From Blastocladiella emersonii ATCC 22665 (Eukaryota; Fungi; Blastocladiomycota): 64,000 bases of DNA. Made by a program: the position numbers and the translations under genes. The stretch is taken from the NCBI GenBank assembly GCA_025594325.1, contig JANHCV010000002.1, positions 806,001 to 870,000 on the forward strand, given 5' to 3'. Positions 56,096 to 64,000 of the stretch are shown here, piece after piece; the first letter of the stretch is position 1; every line of letters starts with the position of its first letter. Below the pieces are notes generated by a model. The model was given only the letters and a program-made list of their open reading frames with translations, was not told where the DNA came from and made no database searches.

Positions 56096-59000
56096 ATGCA
56101 CCCCACGGTCCTCCTGACGACGCTCTTCGCGGCGCTCCTGGCGCTCTCCGCGCCCGCCGCCGCCAACGACGTGCTCCCCGACGAGATCACCGACGGCTGC
56201 CTCAAGATTCAAAAGGACTGGCGAGTCTGCCGGTACGCATGCGCCCCTTGCTCCGAGGCAGCGAGGCGATGGCGACGACGACGACGGACAGGGTTGCTGC
56301 TCGCTGGCAAACGTGCAGGCGTGCGCTGTGGCGCTTGCTTGCTGGCGAGCGTGGATGGCCACAGCCGGTGCCAGCGTGGGCCCACTTTCGGCATCACATC
56401 GGCCATCAGTCGCGCCGTCGTCGCCCCTCGCTGCCCGGAATTCTGCCACGTTGTGGGACGAGATCCACTAATGAATGAACTGCTCGACTTGTAGCGGTCT
56501 CGAGGGCAAGTACATTGACACGACCGCGTCCGCGACGGCGTTCGTGCAGCTGCTGCTGGCCAAGAACGGCGCGTCCGACACGCGGCCCGCGTCCAAGGTG
56601 TTCCAGGACAACTTTGCCCTGTACCTCGACAACACGGCCACGGTCATGCCCGGCCCGAGCCGCAACGAGACGTACACGGTCGTGTTCAAGAAGCGCTACG
56701 GGTGCCCCAACTACACGCACTACCACCGCCGGTACCTCATCTCCATGTGGTGCATGGACGTGGTCGCTTCGTCCTCGGCCAAGTGCACGCAGAACAAGGC
56801 CACGCTCAAGCCTCTGTGCAAGTCGACGTGCGAAAAGTACGCCGACTCGACCATCGAGTCGTTCAAGAACGCGACCCAGTGCAGCCAGCCCAACATGAAC
56901 GAGGCCCGCGACAAGGGCGCCGCCGAGATCCGCGGGTACTGCGACACGGCCCAGTTCTCGGGCGCCGCCGGCTCCTGCATCTCGGGCGACGAAATCGAGG
57001 GCAACACGTGCGGCTTCATCCCGCTCAACCGCGTGTGCGACCCCAAGGTGTGCCCCGACGCCGCCCAGTGGTGCCTCGCCAACAAGGACGCCCTCAACAT
57101 CGCCATCCCGTCCGGCGGCGCGTCGGGCTCCGGCGCCTCGGCCACGTCGCCCGTCGGCGGCGACGCCAACGCCTCCCCCACGGGCGCCGCCGCGGCCGAC
57201 TCGGCCAGCGGCGCGTCCCCCGCGCCCATCGTGCCCATCATCCTCGCGTCCGTCTTCGGCGTCCTGTTCCTCGCCATCGGCATCTTCTACTTCTGGCGCC
57301 GCCGCATCAACCAGCGCCACGAGCGCGAGCTCCGCAACCACGGCCGCGACTCGTTCGAGGGCGGCAACGGCAACAAGCAGTCGTGGATCCCCGACCCGGA
57401 CATGCCGCCCGTCCCCGATTTCGTGCCCTCGCAGCAGCAGAACCAGCAGGGCCAGCAGCAGGGCGGGTACCAGTACGGCAACGTCGCCCCCGCCGCTGCC
57501 GGCGATTTTGGCGGCTCGCCGCGCGACGCCAACTTCAGCAACAACAACAACAACGGGCCCATGTCGCCGACCGGCGGGTACGGCGGCCAGCAGCAGCAGT
57601 ACCTGTCGCACGAGCGCGAGAACCTGGTCCTTCCGCCGCTCCCCGGCCAGGGCGCCGCCGCTGGTGCCTCCCTCGCTGCTGGCGCCGCGGTTGCCGGTGC
57701 GGCCGCGTACGGCGCCGCGTCCTACTCGTCGTCGTCCCAGCAGCAGCATGGCGGCGAGGTCAAGACGTCCAAGGCCAACAAGCGCATCTCGTCGCTGATC
57801 GTCGACAAGAACGTGTCGCTCAACGAGCTCCTGCGCGCGTCGCTCGCGCTCGACGATTTCGATTTCGGCGACAACTTTGCCAAGGCCGACGCCAACAAGT
57901 CGCTGCCCGCCGTCCCCGCGCTCCCCACGGCAGCTGGCGCGGCCGGTGCTGGCGCTGCCGCTGGCGGCGACGCGGGCGTGCCCCCGCCCATCACCGAGTA
58001 CGAGCGCCCGCAGCAGTACCGCGTGACGCGCACCTACTCGCCGCAGATGGACGACGAGCTCGACCTCGTCGAGGGCGACGTGATCGCTGTCTCGCAGGTG
58101 TACGACGACGGCTGGGGCTTCGGTCTCTCCCTGTCGACGGGCCAGGTCGGCGTTCTCCCCATGTCGTTTGTCGAGCGCATGGCCGCCGAGCTCGAGATCC
58201 ACTCGATCGCCACGCGCACGTCCCGGTTCGGCAACCCCGACAAGCTCCGCGAACTGCGCGAACAGGCGGCGGCCGCGGCTGCGGCTGCGGCGGCCAACTA
58301 CCGCACGCCGCTCAGCCCCGTGCGCGAGGAGGGGTCCGAGGTCGGGTCCAACGTCGGCTCGCGTGTCGGTGCCAACGGCGGCAAGACTACCACGACGACC
58401 ACCACGACGACCACTACGTACAAGTCGACGGCGACGCCCGGCTCGCCGTCGATGCCGTACCACGTCGACCAGTCGCGCGTCAGCGTGTCGGGCGCCAAGA
58501 TGGTCGCGCGCGACACCATGTTCCTCGGCGACGACGACGACGATGACGCGTCCTCGGTCGTCCCCGCGAGCGGTGTCGGTGCGCCCGCGCCGTCGGCCGT
58601 CGGGACCAACAACAAGGCGGCTGCCGGTGCTGCCGGTGCCGCTGCTGCCTCGGGCACGGCCGAGTCGGAGAAGGTCGACATTGAGACGCTGATGGCGGTG
58701 CTGTCGCGCATCGCGGCGACGGACCGCGAGTCGCGGATCCTGACGGACCTGCACGTCGACTTCTCGGCGCTCGACTCGGACGACCCCAAGGCGCGCCAGA
58801 GCATCCTCGAGCAGATTGAGCGCGAGAAGCTCGAGCGCCAGTCGTGGGCGTACGACGACGCCGCGTCCGAGGCGTCGTTTGACTCGAAGCGGTTCTCATT
58901 CTCGGCGCTCCTCGACGTGCTCAACGACGCCGACGACGACGTTGATCCCGACACGCTCGCTAACACGCTGCTCAACTCGTACAACATTGGGTCGGCGGTC

Positions 59001-59744
59001 CCGAACGAGTCGGCGTCGGCTTCCGCGGTCAAGAGCGGCGGCGCCTCGTACTCGACGTCCTCGGCCGCGGCCGGGTACTCGGGCTCGGCGGTCGGCGCCA
59101 GCACGGGCTACGCGTCTTCGGCGCTCAGCTCGGGCGGCAGCGCGCTCGGCGGGTCGACCACGTACAAGACGACGACGACGACCACCTCGTCGACGCCCGT
59201 GACGACCACCACGTACAAGACGTTCACGTCGCCCGCCGGCGGCGCGTCCTCGTCCTCGGCGATCGGCGGTGCCACGACGTACTCGACGACGTCGACCTCG
59301 TCGCCCGTGGTGACCACGTACAAGACGTCGACGCCCGTGGTCACGTACAAGACGACGACGACTCCTGTCGTGACGACGACGACTTACAAGACGTCGTCGC
59401 CCGTGACGAGCACCTTCTCGACGTCGTCGCCCGTCGCCACGTCGTACAAGACGACGACGACCACGACGACCAGCTCGCCGTCGTACTCGTCGCCCCTCTC
59501 GGCGCCGACCCTCCCGCCGCTCTCTGGCGGTGGTAGCAGCGGCAGCAACGTGACGCGCACGTACACGACGACGACGACCACGTCCAAGCCCACGGTCGTG
59601 GTGTCGTCGACGTCGACGTCGGCGGCGAGCGGCGCGGGCGCGGGCGGGTACGAGACGCGGCCCGTCAGCACGCTCAGCGACCTCGACCGGCTCGAGTCGA
59701 TGCTGAACCAGGAGGAGGAGATGCTGCGCAAGCTGCGCACGTAG
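56096..59744 (+). CDS. Single-pass receptor-like protein: signal peptide, Cys-rich ectodomain, TM, cytoplasmic SH3, S/T-rich tail
   Basis: Signal peptide at 56096; phase-2 intron 56233-56494; about 14 Cys ectodomain; TM IVPIILASVFGVLFLAIGIFYFW-RRR; SH3 YSPQMDDELDL...DDGWGFG...GVLPMSFV (about 58015-58180). Confidence 0.85.
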
Positions 59745-59852
59745 ACGCTGACGACGATCAGGACAATTTTGTGACGCCCCTCAGTTTCCATTTATCAACA
59801 TAAATTTGCTGCTTCCCCGACCTATTCTTCGCGCGTGTTGAGGATGCGGCGG

Positions 59853-59926
59853 CAGGGGGGCTAAGTGGGGGTGAGCAGGCTAGCCAAACCGTTGTCCCCG
59901 ACCTCTGCTGCAGGTCACACGTGAGC
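59853..59926 (+). repeat. Left TIR (74 bp)
   Basis: CAGGGGGGCTAAGTGGGGGTGAGC...CAGGTCACACGTGAGC. Confidence 0.95.
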
Positions 59927-61196
59927 TGACCCGCTCGCTGTGCTCCAGCAGCTCGGGTCACTCTGCCTCGTGGCGGCACGGGCCTTTCACCTCACCCACG
60001 TGTCCCCCAGCGCCCCCACCCTTCAGTTGTCGATTGCTCGCACTCTTTCTCTCTGAAATACGTTCGCCCTAACACGTTGATCATCTCGTGGAACTCACGT
60101 CCCGCTACGGCTCGACCCCGCCGACCAGACGCCGCGTGGCCACCAGCTGTCCGCCGACCTCGCCGCCCCCGCTCTCGCGCAGCCTTCTCCGCTCGATCTT
60201 GAGCTCGTCGCCCTCCCCACTCGCACCTACCGACGTGCAGGCGGGGCTCGCGGCCCTGCTGGTGCCCGTCCACGCTACAGACCTGCCCCACCCTCCCTTC
60301 TGCCCTCACCGACTCTGCCCCGCTCCTTGGGCTTCGCCCCTGATCCGCTCGCCGCTCAGCTCGCCGTTCGCCGTTCGCCGGTCGATCGAACGCCTGAGCG
60401 CGCAGCCGCTACTTGCATGGTCAGCCGGCACTTGGGGCTCTTGAACTTGTGAGCCTCGTCGTGCGCCGTGTCGTCCAGCCCACGCGCATGCACCGACCTG
60501 ACCGCCACCCTCGTCTCTTTGCTCCCTCGCGTCTCTCCCTCCCCGGATCCGCTCCCGCCGCGCCAGCTTGCGCCCTAGAGCGCTTGCGAACCTCTTCGTG
60601 GCGGTCGTTGGACGTTGCGGCGCGGCATTTGCTGGCGACGGCCGTGGCCATGCTCGACCGCCTCGTCCGTCCCTTGCTCGCGACGCTCCACACCTCATCC
60701 TCGCTCCATCTCGCGGCAGCCGCTTGCATTTCTCTTCGGTTCGTTCCCTGCCGTTCTCAACTCGCAACGTTACTTGTCCGGATCGCCGCCGCGACGACTT
60801 GTGCAGCAAGTCCAAGTCGCTGCTCGCCCTTCATGCCCCCTTCGCGTGCTGCCACCCTTCGGACACGCTACCCACCAACACTATCGATGCCCTCGCGCCG
60901 CGTGCGTCGCAATCCGCACGGCTCCAGGCCCACCGAGTGCGCGCCCTTCCGCGGCGAGTCGCATCACGGCCCGCTGCCTCGTCCGCGACTTTCATCCACT
61001 CTCACGCGCTGCACGGCCCACGAAACTCGGATCTGAGTTGCTGCTTTATGTGAGCGCAAGTATGGCCAACCTGAGGCCCAACCGCAAGCCGATCGGACCA
61101 CCATGATTAACGCTATATAGGTGTGAGACACTTTGATTAATCGTGGGCGGTGAGTTGACTCGAAACGATTGGCTCCCCGACGAGGTGGACCGGCCG

Positions 61197-61270
61197 GCTC
61201 ACGTGTGACCTGCAGCAGAGGTCGGGGACAACGGTTTGGCTAGCCTGCTCACCCCCACTTAGCCCCCCTG
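61197..61270 (-). repeat. Right TIR (74 bp)
   Basis: Exact reverse complement of 59853-59926, checked base by base. Confidence 0.95.
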
Positions 61271-62329
61271 GCGGCGGGGTGGGCGCGGTGAAGCGGAGAC
61301 GCATGGCAGACGTGGCGTCACCCGAGGCAGCGACCATTTCCGGCTTTGCGGCACGGCGCGGGTGGCTCCGATGTGCGAATCGTGCCCATCGCTCAGCCGA
61401 CGCGGGCAAACGTCGGCGGGTCCGCGGCCTCGGACCCTTCCTGCGTCGGCGATCAAGTGCTTTCGCTTTCGCTCTCCCCACACCACGCTTGGCCAGCTCA
61501 CTCAAGCACTACATAGGCTCCAGCCGCCCCGCTCCCTCGTGCTCGTCCTCGACCGCGCTCTCTTGGCCCTGACCGTCGTCGACCTTGGTCGCTGCCCTAC
61601 CCGTCGCCCCCGACTCCGACCCTGCTTGCCCGCGGACCGCCACCCGGCAGGAATTGGTGGTCGCTGGTTCGCGCTGCTCCGCCGCTGACACACACGACGC
61701 ACGGAACAAGGTGCGTGCCGTCCGTCCCCACCCCTCCTCGCGCCGTCGAGTCGCTCTCTCCCTGCCGGCCAAGTCGCCGGGCTCACACTCCTCAAGGTGT
61801 AGCCGCACCGTCGAGACCCTTTGAGTGAGAACGTACGTCAGCTTGCTCTCGACCTCCCCCTCTCCCTCCCACCGGCGCAGCCGCGTGCGCGCGAGCGAGC
61901 GAGCGGGATCGATCGCCGCCGGGGTTTGGTCGGGCGACCCGCGCGACTCGCGCGCATCAGCTGCCGCCTGCCTCCTGGGCCGGGAGCCTGACGTGGCGCC
62001 GCGGACGCGGGGCAGCGGGCGCACGCCTGTGCTGTGCTGTGTCGTCCGCGGGCCATGCGGCCAAGACCCAGCCCAACCGCAGCCGCCTGGGAGACAGGCC
62101 TGCGTGACTCGGACCCGCGCGTCTCCCACGCCCAGCCCGCGGCTGCCTGTCTCGCACGCACGCGCGCACGCGTGTCTCGGCTTCGTCTTCGTCGGCACCG
62201 TGTATCCCGCGACACGCGACGCGTCTCTCCCCTCTCCCCTCTCCCTCCTCGCGCCTGCGCGACCGCACCACCGCGTGTATCTCACCCGCCCACCCCCTCG
62301 ATCCCGCCATGTAGCGACCCGCAGCGATC

Positions 62330-62448
62330 ATGGGCACGTCGCACCGCGGCCAACCGCCCGCTGGCCTGCCGCTGCCCCCGCCGCCGCAGCACCAGCAACA
62401 CGCGCTGCCCCCGCCGCCGCAGCACCAGCAACACGCGCAGCACTACGC

Positions 62449-62482
<34 letters not shown>

Positions 62483-64000
62483 CCCGCCATGTACGGCCCG
62501 CCCGGCTCCGCTCCTCCGCGCGGCCCGCCTCCGGGCCCGCCGCCGCACTACCATCACCACCAGCAGCCGCCGCCGCAGCAGTACGCGGGCCATCCTCACG
62601 CGCAGCAGCAGCACCATGCCCACGCGCAACAGCAGCAGCAGCAGTACGCGTCGTACCCGAACCAGCAGCCGCCCGCCCACCACGGCCACCCGCACGCGCA
62701 CCAGGCTCCGCCGCCGCCGAGCCACGATCAGCAGCCTGCGCACAGCGCGTACCACCAACCGCCGCCGCAGCACCCGCACTACGCCCAGCAGCAGCAGCAG
62801 CAGCAGCAGCAGGCACCGCCCCCGCCTCAGCAGCAGCAACACTACGCTCAACCGCCGCCTCAGCAGTACCCGCCGCCGCCGCCGCCGCCGCCGCCGCCCG
62901 GCGCACACCAGGGCTACCCGCCGCACCAACAACAGCAGCAGCAGGCGCAGGCCCAGTACCGCCATCACCACGCGCAGCAGCAGCACCAGTACGCGCAGTC
63001 GCAGGGGCAGCAGCAACCGCTCCCGCCGCCACCCGCTCCGAGTTCGGCTGGTGCTCCTCCGCCTGCTGCTCGCGGCGCCCAGCCCGGCGGCACGCCCATG
63101 CCGCCGCCGCCGTACCCGCACCACGCGCAGCATCCGCACCACCACCACCAGCAGCAGCAGCAGCAGCAGCGTTACGACGACCCGCCTCCGCCCCCGCCCG
63201 CGAGCGCCGCGCACTACGCGCCCAACGCCATCACGTCGCCGCAGAGCCACGCCGGCGTCCCGCCGCACGGATCGCCCCCGGGCCCGCCCCAGCAGGCACC
63301 CGGAGGCTACCCGCCGCACCCGCACCACCTTCATCCGCAGCAGCAAGCGCCGCCGCCGCAGCAGCACCAGGGCCTACCGCCCCAGCAGCAGCATCCCGGC
63401 TACGCGCCGCCGCAGCAGCAGCAGCCGCAGCACGCGTACCCCGGCCAGCAGGGCCCCTCGCAGCACCGCACCGGCGGCAGCTCGGTCCCGCCCCCGCCCG
63501 CGTCCGCTGCGCCGCCCGGATACCCGTCGGCCGGTCCGCACCCGCAGCAGCAGCACCCGCATCACGGCCATTACCATCACCACCCGCAGCAGCAGCAGCA
63601 ACACCAGCGCGCAAGTACCGGCCCGCACCCGGCGGCCGCTGGAACTGCGCCGACGCCGCGCGGCAACACGCCCGCCTCGGCTGCCGCAGCGGCTGCTTCG
63701 GGCCCCGCTCCCGCGCCCATCATGCGCGTCGCGCCGCCGCGGTCCGGCCAGACCCACGTCCCGCCGCAGGCTCTCGCCGATCCGCGGTCCGGCTCGCCGC
63801 CCGGGTACCAGGGCCACGCCCAGCAGCAGCAACAGCAACAGCAGCAGCAGATGATGATGATGCGCCGTGGCTCGTCGCCCACGCGCCCGCACCAGCAGCA
63901 GCACGCGCAGGGTCCCCCGCCGCAGCAGCCACCTGCTCCCGCGGCGCCCGTGCCCGGCCAGATGCCCCCGCCGGCTGCTCCCGCGCCCGCGGGCCCGCCG
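62330..64000 (+). CDS. Gln/Pro/His/Tyr-rich low-complexity N-terminus of a protein continuing beyond the window
   Basis: ATG at 62330 (MGTSHRGQPPAGLPLPPPPQHQQH...) is in frame with the CAG/CCG runs and no stop is seen to the window end. It is absent from the ORF track, which lists only stop-terminated ORFs. Identity unknown. Confidence 0.7.

Larger units (their letters stand above)
59853..61270. mobile_element. Non-autonomous DNA transposon, 1418 bp, perfect 74-bp TIRs, 7-bp TSD GCGGCGG
   Basis: 59853-59926 is the exact reverse complement of 61197-61270. GCGGCGG lies at 59846-59852 and 61271-61277. Termini are CAG..CTG. No transposase ORF inside. Confidence 0.92.

Noticed and set aside
59927-61196. 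Transposase remnant in the TIR element (ORFs 60413-61036, 60568-61053, 60615-61106)
   Set aside because: No DDE, BED or THAP motifs, and no coding-type codon bias.
62034-63932. Listed ORFs over the CAG/CCG repeats, or a CRISPR or tandem array
   Set aside because: They are off-frame readings of a poly-Q/P coding region, with no repeat-spacer periodicity.
1-64000. tRNA, rRNA or prokaryotic operon/defence system
   Set aside because: No cloverleaf or rRNA signatures were seen by eye (no covariance search was run). Spliceosomal introns show the window is eukaryotic.

Overview
GC-rich, intron-containing eukaryotic DNA. Introns are mostly 55-90 nt with GTRCGY donors, CTRAC-like branch points and YAG acceptors. 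The gene content (TOM1, Hpc2/ubinuclein, UPF0658, FHA-less Pnk1-type PNKP, a kinesin-2 motor) suggests a zoosporic fungus, possibly Blastocladiomycota; that assignment is inference. Core genes: HECT E3 TOM1 (5'-truncated), Hpc2/UBN, TspO-like membrane protein, ABCB/MDR transporter, kinesin-2, SPX/RING-like protein, class-3 lipase, UPF0658, CSN5, a Cys-rich/TM/SH3 receptor-like protein and a Q/P/H-rich protein (3'-truncated). Structure the ORF track does not show: (1) a tandem PNKP pair in which one copy keeps an intact kinase but has lost phosphatase catalytic residues and carries a 2443-bp PIF/Harbinger transposon inside one intron; (2) a 1418-bp non-autonomous DNA transposon with perfect 74-bp TIRs and a 7-bp TSD; (3) an accessory 17.2-22.4 kb island with an ankyrin-like/LRR gene, its deleted duplicate, a RING-H2 gene and a RING fragment bracketed by 22-bp direct repeats; (4) a recurrent bipartite motif GACGCGTYG-N5/6-TCACSTG, mostly downstream of stop codons; (5) a triple-intron transcript with no convincing ORF. 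All family calls come from motif recognition by eye. No searches or computations were run.
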